NCBI GenBank assembly: GCA_946486375.1
Contig: CAMLTW010000003.1
Coordinates: 120,668 to 184,667 of the forward strand
Length of the DNA: 64,000 bases
Direction: 5' to 3'
DNA from: an uncultured Rikenellaceae bacterium
GTDB taxonomy: Bacteria > Bacteroidota > Bacteroidia > Bacteroidales > Rikenellaceae
This document shows, in pieces, positions 1 to 9,635 of the stretch. The first letter of the stretch is position 1. Each line of letters opens with the position of its first letter. Under the pieces are notes generated by a model that saw nothing but the letters and a program-made list of their open reading frames with translations, had not been told where the DNA came from and made no database searches. Position numbers and translations under genes: made by a program.

Positions 1-101
1 TTCAGAGCGGGCAGCCGTCCGTCGTCGTTTGCCGTTTTGGCCGTCTGCGATGAGCAGGCGACGGCAAGCGCGAGAGCGAGGATGATACAAAGTTTTTTCA
101 T
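1..101 (-). CDS. Partial CDS (N-terminus only, runs off the window): putative lipoprotein
   Basis: The reverse complement from 101 reads MKKLCIILALALAVACSSQTAKTANDDGRLPAL. This is a signal peptide with a LAVAC lipobox. It is not in the ORF track because it is truncated by the window edge. Confidence 0.4.
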   Translation of the reverse strand, partial: MKKLCIILALALAVACSSQTAKTANDDGRLPAL

Positions 102-144
102 AAACAGTTTTATTGGTTTTTCGGTTGGTTGCGTATGTATCTGC

Positions 145-175
145 AAAAAGGCGGAAACCTCTCCGTCCTTCCGCC
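145..175 (-). terminator. Intrinsic terminator after the GH140-like gene
   Basis: Stem GGCGGAA (150-156) pairs with TTCCGCC (169-175). The plus-strand A-run at 145-149 gives a U-run on the minus transcript, 43 nt downstream of the stop at 218. Confidence 0.5.
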
Positions 176-217
176 GGGGTTCGTTCCGGTGCGGGGGCGA
201 AGAGGTTTTAAAGATAG

Positions 218-1636
218 TTATTTTTTATCGAAATAGGAAGTCGCTGCATCCGTGACGATCAGTACCCAGTCATTGCCCACGCGATACCGGCCGGCCGGGA
301 CGAAACGCTGCGTGCCGTTATCGAAAGTTCCGATGAAGGTTTTTTCTCCGGTAGCCGGATTCATCCACCACGCATCCTTTTTGGCTCCGGATATCTTGGT
401 CATGTCCACGATGATATCCTGTCCATTATAGGTGTAGGCCAGAATATAGTCTTTCCCACGAGTAGCGATGATCCGGTCGTACTTTTCTCCGTTGTTGCCC
501 ACCAACACGCTCTGATCGGGTACCCGATCCGTGTAGGGAAGAGCCAGCATCAAATCCTTCAAATGGTGAAGCTGCGTCGCTCCCGGAGCATAGATGGCGT
601 CGTACCAGTTGACCGTGTTGCCGTATCCGCCTCCGACTCCCGGCTTGTGCATCTGCATGATGGCGCTATGACCATACGTGTGTCCGAAAGCTCCCGCAAA
701 CACCGACCAGTAGGCGTATCTTCTCACATCTCCCGGGCCCCACTGCGGTTCGTCCACATCGTGCAGTCCCTGCGGAATTCCTTCGTAGGAAGGTTCGCCG
801 TCGATGATCGGCTTTATAGGCTTCATGGCCAGTCCCGCTTCCACGTAACGCCAGTTGTCCTCTTCCTGATTGGCTCCTTCGTACTTGTTGTCCTTGTCGC
901 GCCGCAGCATCTGGCCGTAACGGCGATGCCCCGACTGGAACATGTTGAAATCGAGCCACGGGGCATCGTGATACCACTGGATAGAGCTCGTCCGTCCGAT
1001 GGGGTGGAAGGTCATGAGGTGGTTGGGATCGTATTTTTTAATGGTGTTTCCGATGGCATGCCACACGTCCTGCTTCAGCCCGCCATTGATGTCGCCGCCG
1101 TTGAGCCAGATGATATTCGGTTTGTCCTTGTAGCGTTCCGCCAGGAATTTCGCGTATTTGGTCGCCCGTTCCACATCGAAATCGCCCCGTTTTACCGGGC
1201 CTCCCCAGGTCGGTACCATGGCGATGTAAATTCCTTTGGAGGCGGCCGTGTTGACGATATAGTCGATGTGATCCCAGTAGCCGTACTCGCCCGGTTTGTC
1301 GATCTTGTCGAAACTGTCGAAGTCGGTAAAGGAATATTTGCCGTAAGTATTCAGCACCGGAAAACCGTTGACGACCATCATCTGAACGACGTTGTAGCCC
1401 TGACTCTGCCGCACGCCGAGATAATGCCCTACCTCGTCCCGGTTGAGGCGCATGCCGAGCAGCCAGCCCGTGTCTCCGAGCCAGAAAAATGGGGTTCCGT
1501 TTTCATAGACCAGGTAGCGACCGTTGTCGCTGACCTTCAGTTTCCCGTTGCTCCACGGTGACTGCTGCCGCTGGGCGAACAGCCCTCCCGTCACAAGCAG
1601 GAGCGCCGCGAAGGCGATCGTTTTGAAGAATTTCAT
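218..1636 (-). CDS. Secreted glycoside hydrolase-like protein (DUF4038 / GH140-like, apiosidase family fold)
   Basis: 472 aa ORF with a signal peptide (MKFFKTIAFAALLLVTGGLFAQ). The segments FFWLGDTGW, IIWLNGGD and PIIDGEPSYEG recall the DUF4038/GH140 family. The family assignment is from memory only. Confidence 0.7.
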   Translation of the reverse strand: MKFFKTIAFAALLLVTGGLFAQRQQSPWSNGKLKVSDNGRYLVYENGTPFFWLGDTGWLLGMRLNRDEVGHYLGVRQSQGYNVVQMMVVNGFPVLNTYGKYSFTDFDSFDKIDKPGEYGYWDHIDYIVNTAASKGIYIAMVPTWGGPVKRGDFDVERATKYAKFLAERYKDKPNIIWLNGGDINGGLKQDVWHAIGNTIKKYDPNHLMTFHPIGRTSSIQWYHDAPWLDFNMFQSGHRRYGQMLRRDKDNKYEGANQEEDNWRYVEAGLAMKPIKPIIDGEPSYEGIPQGLHDVDEPQWGPGDVRRYAYWSVFAGAFGHTYGHSAIMQMHKPGVGGGYGNTVNWYDAIYAPGATQLHHLKDLMLALPYTDRVPDQSVLVGNNGEKYDRIIATRGKDYILAYTYNGQDIIVDMTKISGAKKDAWWMNPATGEKTFIGTFDNGTQRFVPAGRYRVGNDWVLIVTDAATSYFDKK

Positions 1637-1649
1637 AGCGGTGGTTGGT

Positions 1650-3143
1650 TTATTTTTGGTGTTCTAATCTCTTGCGGAAGGTAGCGAACAGGGTCAGGAT
1701 GTAACCCACGAGGAAAATGGCCGTCGTTCCGAACACGATGGTCAGGTTCATGTGCAGCGGGCTGCGGAATTTCACCCAGTGGCTTCCGTCCGGAATCAGC
1801 GGACTGAGGCTCATCCAGGCGATCACCAGCACACCTACAACGACGCCTGCGATGGCTTCCGGATTTTTGGCTTTCCGACTGATGAAGCCGAGCAGGAACA
1901 GCCCCAGCATGCCGCCGCTGAAAATGGAGGAGAGTTTCCACCATGCATCCAATACCCCGTTGACGCTCATCATCAGCAGTCCGACGATGACGCCGACGGC
2001 ACCGAGCATGGCGGAAGTGCTGTATAGGATAATCATGTTCCTTTTTTCGCTGATTTTGCGGGAAGAAAGCCGGTTTACGAAGTCGGTCAGCACGACCGTG
2101 GCCGCACTGTTGATACTGGTCGAAACGGTGCTCATTCCCGCTGCGAAAATCGAGGCGATCAACAGCCCCGTAACCCCCGTGGGCAATCCGTGGATGATGA
2201 AATACGGGAATACCCGGTCGCCCGTGATCCCTTCCGGCAGCAAGCCCGGCTGTGCATGGTAGTAGGAGAAAAGCGCCGTTCCGATGTATACGAACAACAG
2301 GGAAACCGGCACGTACAACAACCCCCCGAACAGGGTGGAGCGGCTGGCGCTTTTGTCCGATTTGGTCGTCATGTACCGCTGTACATAATTTTGGTCGATT
2401 CCGTAATTCTGGAGGTTGATGAACAGGCCGTAAATCAGAATCACCCAGAAGGTGGGTTCGCTCAACGAATCTCCGAAACTGCCCAGACTGAACTTGTCGT
2501 AGGCATTGGCGATGTCGAATAACTGCTTAGGCCCTTCCGGCATGGAAAAGGTCAGCACCAAAGCGCAGGCGAGCGCTCCGGCGATCAGGATGATGCCCTG
2601 AATGGCGTCCGTCCAGATCACGGCCTTTATTCCTCCCATCATGGAGTAAAGCAACACGCACACGCCCGTCACCACGATGATGGTCGGGATGTCCCATCCC
2701 AGCATGTAGTTCATCGGCAGGGCCATCAGAAACAGGATGGAGCCCGTCCGCGCGACCTGAGTCAGCAGGTAACAGATGGCTGCATAGGCCCGTGCCCAGT
2801 ATCCGAACCGGACTTCCAGGTAATTGTAGGCAGAAACACTGTTCATGCTGCGGTAGAGCGGCACGAACAGTTTGGCGGCGATCCATGCCGCCACCGGTAT
2901 GGAAATACTGAAAACGAACGGATTCCAGTTCTTCATGTAAGCGTCCCCCGGCAACCCCAGAAAACTGATGCTGCTGACGAAGGTGGCGAAGATGGACATC
3001 CCCACCACCCAGGAGGGAAGGGAACCGTTGGCCGCGGTGAAGGCCGAACTGGTCCGGCTGCGGAAATAGAACGAGCAGCCGAAAAGCACCACTCCGGCGA
3101 TGAAGGCGAAGAAGACGATGTAATCGAGCGTGGTTAAATCCAT
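1650..3143 (-). CDS. Sodium:solute symporter (SSS family)
   Basis: 497 aa polytopic membrane protein. Its composition and layout are typical of SSF transporters, with multiple TM segments and GGIKAVIWTDAIQ. Confidence 0.85.
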   Translation of the reverse strand: MDLTTLDYIVFFAFIAGVVLFGCSFYFRSRTSSAFTAANGSLPSWVVGMSIFATFVSSISFLGLPGDAYMKNWNPFVFSISIPVAAWIAAKLFVPLYRSMNSVSAYNYLEVRFGYWARAYAAICYLLTQVARTGSILFLMALPMNYMLGWDIPTIIVVTGVCVLLYSMMGGIKAVIWTDAIQGIILIAGALACALVLTFSMPEGPKQLFDIANAYDKFSLGSFGDSLSEPTFWVILIYGLFINLQNYGIDQNYVQRYMTTKSDKSASRSTLFGGLLYVPVSLLFVYIGTALFSYYHAQPGLLPEGITGDRVFPYFIIHGLPTGVTGLLIASIFAAGMSTVSTSINSAATVVLTDFVNRLSSRKISEKRNMIILYSTSAMLGAVGVIVGLLMMSVNGVLDAWWKLSSIFSGGMLGLFLLGFISRKAKNPEAIAGVVVGVLVIAWMSLSPLIPDGSHWVKFRSPLHMNLTIVFGTTAIFLVGYILTLFATFRKRLEHQK

Positions 3144-3237
3144 GAATCGGAAGTTTTAGGCGTTCGGTTAAACGTTCCGGATGCGCCGGCCCTGCATCCG
3201 TACGGAAAAGGGGGCCTGCGTCCGATTATCGAAAAAA

Positions 3238-4164
3238 TCAGGGATTGACGATTTTGACGTTCAGTTTCTCCAGAATTTCGCGTGCCTTGTTGCGTTCTTC
3301 CGTCCGGAACTTGTGGAACGGGGCCGCGGCGAAATCGCTGCATATTCCCATCAGGGAAAGAGAACATTTCACGCCCTTCAAAAAGCTCGATCCGTATTTC
3401 CCGATTTTGTACAGCGTGGTGCTGATTTCCATCACCCGGTTCTGCAATTCCCGCACCTTGTCCAGATCGCGGGCCACGGCGGCATCGTAAAGGTCTACGT
3501 AAAGTTTCGGAAACATGTTCGCCCCGCCGTTGACACCTCCGGCCGCTCCCATCATCACGCTTTCCGCTGTGAGTTCCTCCGGCCCCACGAACAGGGCGAA
3601 ATCCGGTTTGTCCCGCATGATGTGAAGCAGGGACTGGAAATAAACCATGTTGGCCGAACTGTCTTTCAGCCCGATGATGTTGGGATGTTCCGAAAGGATG
3701 CGCACTGTCTGAGGATCGAAAATCACCTTGACGTGCGAAGGCATATTATAAAGGTAGAGCGGCAGCGGCAAAGCGTCGGCCAGCTCGGTGTAGTATTCGA
3801 TCAGTTCCTGTTGTGCCGGGGCGAAATAGTAGGGGGGAGCCGATACCAGGGCGGCGGCTCCGCAGGCTGCGGCATGGTTGGCCAGCCGAATGCTTTCGGA
3901 AATGGACGTGTCGGTGATGCCCACCAGCACGGGAACCCGTCCGGCCACTTTTTCACAGACCAGTTTGATCAGTTCGTACCGAACCGCATAACTTAGACTC
4001 GGCGCTTCACCCGTCGTTCCTAAAATGAAAAGGCCGTGAATACCCCCTGCCAGCATGTGTTCGATGAGTTTTTCCGTTCCGGCTTTATCCAGCGTATCGT
4101 TATCGATCAAAGGCGTTACCATGGGGGGAACGATTCCTTTCAATTCAAGTTTCCTGTTCTGCAT
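3238..4164 (-). CDS. Dihydrodipicolinate synthase / N-acetylneuraminate lyase family aldolase
   Basis: Contains the DapA-family motif GIHGLFILGTTGEAPSLS. I chose the start MQNRKLELKG (ATG at 4164), because the longer track ORF adds an implausible N-terminus. Confidence 0.85.
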   Translation of the reverse strand: MQNRKLELKGIVPPMVTPLIDNDTLDKAGTEKLIEHMLAGGIHGLFILGTTGEAPSLSYAVRYELIKLVCEKVAGRVPVLVGITDTSISESIRLANHAAACGAAALVSAPPYYFAPAQQELIEYYTELADALPLPLYLYNMPSHVKVIFDPQTVRILSEHPNIIGLKDSSANMVYFQSLLHIMRDKPDFALFVGPEELTAESVMMGAAGGVNGGANMFPKLYVDLYDAAVARDLDKVRELQNRVMEISTTLYKIGKYGSSFLKGVKCSLSLMGICSDFAAAPFHKFRTEERNKAREILEKLNVKIVNP

Positions 4165-4281
4165 GATTCGAATATTTAAATTTTTCCAAAAATAGTAAAA
4201 AACCGGATAAATTCGAAAAAAAAGACAATAAAACATAAGGTTTTATTGTCCGAAATAGAATGAAAGAATCTGAGGAGAGAG

Positions 4282-4656
4282 TCACTTCATCGCTACGGTT
4301 TCGATTTCTACCTTCGCGCCCATCGGCAGGGCTGCGACCTGATAGCAGACCCTTGCCGGAAGCATGCTCTCGTAATATTCGGCATAAATTCGGTTCATGG
4401 CGGCGAAATCTTTCATGTCCGCCAGCAGGACGGTCGATTTTACCACTTCTTCGAACCGGTAACCGGCCGCCTTCAGGATGGCTCCGACGTTTTCCAGGGC
4501 CTGACGGGTTTGTTCCTCGATGGTTCGGGGCATATCGCCGGTTTGCGGATGGATGGGCAGTTGGCCGGAGATATACAAGGCTCCGTGGATTTCGACCGCC
4601 TGGCTGTAAGGGCCTACCGCTTTGGGGGCTTCGTCCGTGTGTATGACTCTTCTCAT
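4282..4656 (-). CDS. ridA: RidA family reactive-intermediate deaminase (YjgF/L-PSP)
   Basis: 124 aa. APKAVGPYSQAV...ISGQLP and a C-terminal VEIE are hallmarks of RidA. Confidence 0.9.
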   Translation of the reverse strand: MRRVIHTDEAPKAVGPYSQAVEIHGALYISGQLPIHPQTGDMPRTIEEQTRQALENVGAILKAAGYRFEEVVKSTVLLADMKDFAAMNRIYAEYYESMLPARVCYQVAALPMGAKVEIETVAMK

Positions 4657-4668
4657 GATTCGTATGTG

Positions 4669-5625
4669 TTAAATTTGTAGAAATTTTTCGGAAACGACGA
4701 CCCGGACGGCCCGGTCGAGAATTTCGAATTCAAAAGGAGAGTAGCCCAAGGCTTCTCCGTCCACTTCGATTGCGATCTCCGGATCGGATTCCACGCGGAT
4801 TTTCCGACCGCGGTTCAGCGATATTTTCGGATTCCGGTAGATTTTTCCGTTGTATAGGGATTTGAAATTGCGAAGCACGCCGAACCCCGAAATCTTCCGG
4901 ATGATCGTCACGTCGAACAATCCGTCGTCCGCAACCGCATCCGGGGTTTGAAGCATCCCGCCGCCGTTGAATTTTCCGATGCCGATGGTGGCGCTGTAAA
5001 CGGGCTGGTCGGCCACCGTCCTGTCGTCCACCGCGACCCGGACGTGAGTGGACTTGTATCGAAGCACCGCTTTTACGGTACTCCAGAGGTAAAGCCACTT
5101 TCCCCGCTTTCCCTCGTCGCGGAGCCGATTGTACCGCTTGTTGACGCAGGCGTCGAATCCGATGCCCGCGACGTTGGCCATGTACCGTTTCTGTGGATAG
5201 TTGCTTTTGTAGTAGGAAACGATGCCGATGTCCTGCAAAAAGGAGTGCCCCTCCACGATCGCCCTGATCGCTTCCGTGTATTTGCGCGGAATACCGAACA
5301 TCCGAATCCAGTCATTGCCCGTTCCCACGGCGATTACGGCCAAGAGAATTTCCGTAGAAGGAACCTGTTGCTGGATGAATATTCCGTTCACCACCTCATG
5401 TATGGTGCCGTCTCCTCCGATGACGATGATTTTCCGGTAGCCGTTGTTGATGGCTTCCACCGCCAGTTCGATGGCGTGGAATTTTTTTTCCGAAAAAGCA
5501 AAGTCAAAGGCGATCTGGTGATCCCGCAGCAGCTTGCTGATCGTGGGCCAGTCCGTCAGCCCCTTTCCTTCACCCGCCACCGGATTGACGATGGCGAACC
5601 ACCTGTTCTCGGTTTCGATGATCAT
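4669..5625 (-). CDS. Diacylglycerol/lipid kinase family protein (YegS-like)
   Basis: 318 aa with the GGDGT motif (VIGGDGTIHEVVNG) and the AVIAVGTGND segment typical of DAGK_cat. Confidence 0.85.
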   Translation of the reverse strand: MIIETENRWFAIVNPVAGEGKGLTDWPTISKLLRDHQIAFDFAFSEKKFHAIELAVEAINNGYRKIIVIGGDGTIHEVVNGIFIQQQVPSTEILLAVIAVGTGNDWIRMFGIPRKYTEAIRAIVEGHSFLQDIGIVSYYKSNYPQKRYMANVAGIGFDACVNKRYNRLRDEGKRGKWLYLWSTVKAVLRYKSTHVRVAVDDRTVADQPVYSATIGIGKFNGGGMLQTPDAVADDGLFDVTIIRKISGFGVLRNFKSLYNGKIYRNPKISLNRGRKIRVESDPEIAIEVDGEALGYSPFEFEILDRAVRVVVSEKFLQI

Positions 5626-5634
5626 GACCCGATG

Positions 5635-7095
5635 CTATTTTCGGGGAGCGTTTTCCAGAACGGCCGTCAGAAAGTTCCAGAATTTTTCCACCGACGGAAT
5701 CGATACTTTTTCATCCGGTGAGTGAGGGTAACAGATGGTGGGGCCGAAAGATATCATATCCATTTTCGGATACCGCCCTCCGATGATCCCGCATTCCAGA
5801 CCCGCATGAATGGCCCGGATTTCCGGAGCACGGCCGTACAGTTTCCGGTAGCTTTCGGTCATGACGTTCAGGATGGGGGAGTCCATGTTCGGTTTCCAGC
5901 CTTCGTAACCGCCCGTCATTTCGATTTCGGCTCCGGCCAGTTCGAAGACGGACGCGATCATCTCCGCCAGGTCTTCCTTGGCCGAGTCGACCGAGCTGCG
6001 CAGCAGACAGGAAACGGTGACCGTTCCGTTTTCGGAGATCACGCGGGCCAGATTGCTGGAGGTTTCCACCAGTCCCTTCATCGAGTCGCTCATCCGGATC
6101 ACTCCGTTCGGGCAACCGTATACCGCGTTGATCAGTTTTCGCTGAGCCTCCGTGTCCATGACGATGGCCGGTTCCTTTTCGGGAATGGCGGTCAGCGTAA
6201 TATCGGGGTCTGCGGCTGCATATTCGCTCCGGAAAATCCGTTCGAATACTCCGACGGCAGCTTGGAATTCCTGCTCGTGAACGGAAGGCACCAAAATCAC
6301 GGCTGCCGATTCCCGCGGGATGGCGTTTCTCAGACCTCCGCCGTCGATGGAAGCGAGTCGCACGGCGTACCGACGGGCGGCGAATTTCAGGAACCGCACG
6401 AGCAGTTTATTGGAATTCGCCCGTTGCAGGATGATTTCCATCCCGGAGTGACCGCCTCTCAGTCCTTTGATTTCCAAACGATAACCGATATAACCGGCTC
6501 CGACCGGTTCTTCCTTGTAAGGAAGTGCAGCCGTAACGTCGAGTCCGCCGGCACACCCCACATACAGTTCTCCTTCCGTTTCGGAATCGAGGTTCAGCAG
6601 GATTTCTCCTTGCAGCACTTCCGGTTCCAAGCCGAATGCTCCCGTCATTCCTGTTTCTTCATCGATCGTCAGCAGGGCTTCCAGCGGCCCGTGTTTCAGT
6701 TCCCCGGATTCCATTACGGCCAGAATCGCGGCTACTCCCATGCCGTTGTCGGCTCCGAGCGTCGTTCCGTTTGCCGTGACCCATTCCCCATCGATGTATG
6801 CTTCAATGGGATCGACGGTAAAATCGAATACCTTATCACCGTTCTTCTGGGGCACCATATCCAGATGTGCCTGCAAAACGATCCCTTTCCGGTTTTCCAT
6901 CCCCGGAGAGGCAGGTTTGCGCAGGATAACGTTTCCGGTATTGTCCACCACATACTCGATTCCATGCGTTTTCGCGAAATCGACGATGTATTCCCGTACC
7001 CGGCTTTCCTGCTTGGAAGGGCGCGGGATTCGGGTCAAGGCATGAAAATGCTTCCAGAGCGCCTGCGGCCGAAGCGAAGTTATTTCGTGATTCAT
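5635..7095 (-). CDS. pepD: Aminoacyl-histidine dipeptidase (M20 family)
   Basis: PRPSKQE, HLDMVPQK, GADNGMG and TIDEETGMTGA are PepD signatures. The start is trimmed to MNHEITS. Confidence 0.9.
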   Translation of the reverse strand: MNHEITSLRPQALWKHFHALTRIPRPSKQESRVREYIVDFAKTHGIEYVVDNTGNVILRKPASPGMENRKGIVLQAHLDMVPQKNGDKVFDFTVDPIEAYIDGEWVTANGTTLGADNGMGVAAILAVMESGELKHGPLEALLTIDEETGMTGAFGLEPEVLQGEILLNLDSETEGELYVGCAGGLDVTAALPYKEEPVGAGYIGYRLEIKGLRGGHSGMEIILQRANSNKLLVRFLKFAARRYAVRLASIDGGGLRNAIPRESAAVILVPSVHEQEFQAAVGVFERIFRSEYAAADPDITLTAIPEKEPAIVMDTEAQRKLINAVYGCPNGVIRMSDSMKGLVETSSNLARVISENGTVTVSCLLRSSVDSAKEDLAEMIASVFELAGAEIEMTGGYEGWKPNMDSPILNVMTESYRKLYGRAPEIRAIHAGLECGIIGGRYPKMDMISFGPTICYPHSPDEKVSIPSVEKFWNFLTAVLENAPRK

Positions 7096-7170
7096 AACCG
7101 TGCTGAATTTTGGTTCGAGCCGCAATTTATAAATATTTTCTTCAATATCCGACCGAATCGGCCCGATTGC

Positions 7171-7932
7171 TCAAAGCCTGTCGTGTTTTTCGAGCACGGT
7201 GTGCGGAATATCTCCGTGATACATCAACTGGATGGGGCAGTCGTAGGCCAGCAGTTCTTCCGGGGTAATGAGGTTCGAGTCGTGATAGTGTACCGTACCG
7301 TTTACGCAAACCACGCTCTTGATGTAACAGGTAATGGTGCCCAGATCGTGAGAAACGATCAGGATGGCCATCCTGTCGTTGAATTTTTTCAGCAAATGGT
7401 AAAGCTCGTTCTCGAATTTATTGTCCACGAAATTATTCGGTTCGTCGAGGATGAGCAGTTTCGGATCCGAAATCAATGCACGGCACAATACCACCCGTTG
7501 GAATTCGCCTCCGGATAATTCGCCTATCGGTCTGTCGGACAAATGGCTGATGTTGGTTATTTCAAGCAGATGTTGCGCTTTCTCACGATCATCGGCGGAA
7601 TAACGTCCCCAAAGTCCTTTCCGGGCCTGGAGACCGGAAAGAACGACTTCCCGTACCGAAATGGGGAAAGCCCGGTCGATGCTGTTGATCTGGGGCAGGT
7701 AGCCGATTCTGCGGTATCCGCCTTCTTCGAGAAGGGGATGATATTCCACCGTTCCGCGGTACGGAATGCTTTTCAGGATAGCTTTGACCAATGTAGTCTT
7801 ACCGCCGCCGTTGGGGCCGACCACTCCGATGAAGTCATGCAGGCGGATATCCAAATTTACATCGTGAAGAATCTCTTTTCCGTCGTAGGATACGGAAAGG
7901 TTACGGACGGAAACCAGTTTTGTGTCGCTCAT
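7171..7932 (-). CDS. Metal (Zn/Mn-type) ABC transporter ATP-binding protein
   Basis: Walker A GPNGGGKTT, signature LSGGEFQR and Walker B LLILDEP. It has an ATGA overlap with the upstream binding-protein gene. Confidence 0.85.
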   Translation of the reverse strand: MSDTKLVSVRNLSVSYDGKEILHDVNLDIRLHDFIGVVGPNGGGKTTLVKAILKSIPYRGTVEYHPLLEEGGYRRIGYLPQINSIDRAFPISVREVVLSGLQARKGLWGRYSADDREKAQHLLEITNISHLSDRPIGELSGGEFQRVVLCRALISDPKLLILDEPNNFVDNKFENELYHLLKKFNDRMAILIVSHDLGTITCYIKSVVCVNGTVHYHDSNLITPEELLAYDCPIQLMYHGDIPHTVLEKHDRL

Positions 7933-8810
7933 CGTTGCATGGATTGTCTCAACAAATCGGTGATGTGTTTTAGATTCCGCGGCCAGTCGTATGCCAGCGG
8001 ATCGACCCCTTCCGGTTTCAGTCCCGCTTCCCGGGCCAACGCGTCCACCGTTGCCCGGCTGAACTGTTCCTGGTAGAAAATTACCGTAAGTCCTTCTTGC
8101 CTGGCTGATTCCGTCAGCGATTTCAAGTGATCGGCCGAAGGTTCCTTGCCTTCCTGTTCAACCGATAACTGGGTAAGTTCGTAATCCCGTGCATAGTAGG
8201 AGAGGAAGGGATGATATGTGATAAAAACTTTTCTTTTTATGTCTCTGAATGATTGATCGATGTATGAATCAAGTGAATCGATACTTCTGATAAAGTTATC
8301 GGTGTTACGGATGTATTTTTCCGCAGAATCGGGCCGGATTCGGGAAAGTTCCCGACAAATGGTTTGCGTCATGATTTTAACGGCGGGAGGGGAGAGCCAA
8401 AGATGGGGGTCGGCTCCCGCCAAAGCCCCCGAAGCGTGATTATGTCCGTGTCCTTCCAAAATGTCCGCCCCGACGGATAGGTCGACGACGTGCAGATCCG
8501 GAATGCCATGGAGAAGTCCGGAGGAAAGAGACTGTTCGAAGTCGATCAAACCGAGCTGGAAATAAACGGTCGATCGGGCCAACTCCTTCATTTGGGACGG
8601 TGTAGGTTCATAGGTTTCGGGGCCGGCTCCCGGCGGAACAAGCACGTTGACCTGAAAATCGTTGTCTGCTACCCGGTTTACGAAGTACTTGAGGGGAAGA
8701 ATACTGACGGATATTTCCGGCTTATCTTTCGGCGAAGAAGATCCCGAACACGATGATAATACAGGTAACAGGATAATTAATAATAGTATATGCGTTTTTA
8801 TCCGAATCAT
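7929..8810 (-). CDS. Metal ABC transporter substrate-binding lipoprotein (ZnuA/TroA-like)
   Basis: Signal peptide with lipobox (LSSCSG), a His-rich loop HGHNHASGALAGADPH, and DPHLWLSP, which is typical of cluster A-I binding proteins. Confidence 0.85.
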   Translation of the reverse strand: MIRIKTHILLLIILLPVLSSCSGSSSPKDKPEISVSILPLKYFVNRVADNDFQVNVLVPPGAGPETYEPTPSQMKELARSTVYFQLGLIDFEQSLSSGLLHGIPDLHVVDLSVGADILEGHGHNHASGALAGADPHLWLSPPAVKIMTQTICRELSRIRPDSAEKYIRNTDNFIRSIDSLDSYIDQSFRDIKRKVFITYHPFLSYYARDYELTQLSVEQEGKEPSADHLKSLTESARQEGLTVIFYQEQFSRATVDALAREAGLKPEGVDPLAYDWPRNLKHITDLLRQSMQR

Positions 8811-9526
8811 AAATTGAGCTTATGGTTTTCTATTTTTATTTCTATAGACCTCCTTGTTTCCGGGGATGCTCACATTCCTCCGAATGGCTTTTGGGCAAGA
8901 ATCCTACCGAACAGAAGGGATTCTTCTCAAAGAAACGTTATTCCTTTCGACAAAGGTAGAATATAAATCCGGATTATAAACCGGAAGAAGGGAATCTGCT
9001 TTTAACATAATCAATGCAATAATTCGGGCTCGTTTAAAAAAGGAAGGAGGGGGGAGAATAAAAAACAGTATGAATGTTGCGTATGATTGGTTTTTTGGCA
9101 AAAGAGGGAGAAGCCGATGGTTGAAAGAGGCGCTATGTACTTTTGTAAATACTATTTTTAATTAACCGAATTGAAATGTTTATATTTGTATTGATTACAT
9201 GGTTGCAAATGTAGTTAAATATGTAAATCACCCCCGCTACAAAATAACAAAATACCAACCATAAAGCATAAGTTAATCATTATGATCATACATGTACTAT
9301 CAATCAGTTCGATATAAGGATTATATAAAGTTATAAATTAAAAAATGATTTAAAAAAGAAGTTGAGTATCCGGATTCGATAGTGGTATTTGTATTTAATT
9401 TTCAAAACAATATGTAATTCAAGTAGATATATAGATTATATAAAGTCACTGTTGATTTGATGTGCTTGATGAATCTATGAGGATGAATTTTATCTGCTTT
9501 ATGTTTATGCATAGCAGGCCAGCTTG

Positions 9527-9546
9527 TTGTTTACATGTGTAAACAA
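9527..9546. promoter_or_regulatory. Perfect inverted repeat TTGTTTACA-TG-TGTAAACAA (candidate operator)
   Basis: 9 bp arms with a 2 bp spacer, about 90 bp upstream of the HTH gene start. Read directly from the sequence. Confidence 0.35.
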
Positions 9547-9609
9547 TGTATTTGAAAAGCATAATTACAAGTGTAATGTGACCTATTTGCCGGATTCGAA
9601 ATAAACATA

Positions 9610-9617
9610 TACATTTG
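9610..9617 (+). promoter_or_regulatory. Bacteroidota -7 box TACATTTG upstream of the HTH gene
   Basis: Matches TAnnTTTG, 19 nt before the ATG at 9636. It lies in AT-rich DNA, so a chance match is possible. Confidence 0.3.
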
Positions 9618-9635
9618 TAATAATTACGAAAGGAT

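Noticed and set aside
5722-7518. Long antisense or alternate-frame ORFs over pepD (598 aa), sufC/sufB (21920-24043, 707 aa), the polyferredoxin and AKR genes (27130-28722, 28731-30062, 30440-31585), ppk1 (54298-56520, 740 aa), the S46 peptidase gene (16686-18320) and recG (62161-63996)
   Set aside because: Each overlaps a gene with unambiguous family motifs on the other strand. All share the shadow-frame composition and none shows a recognisable motif.
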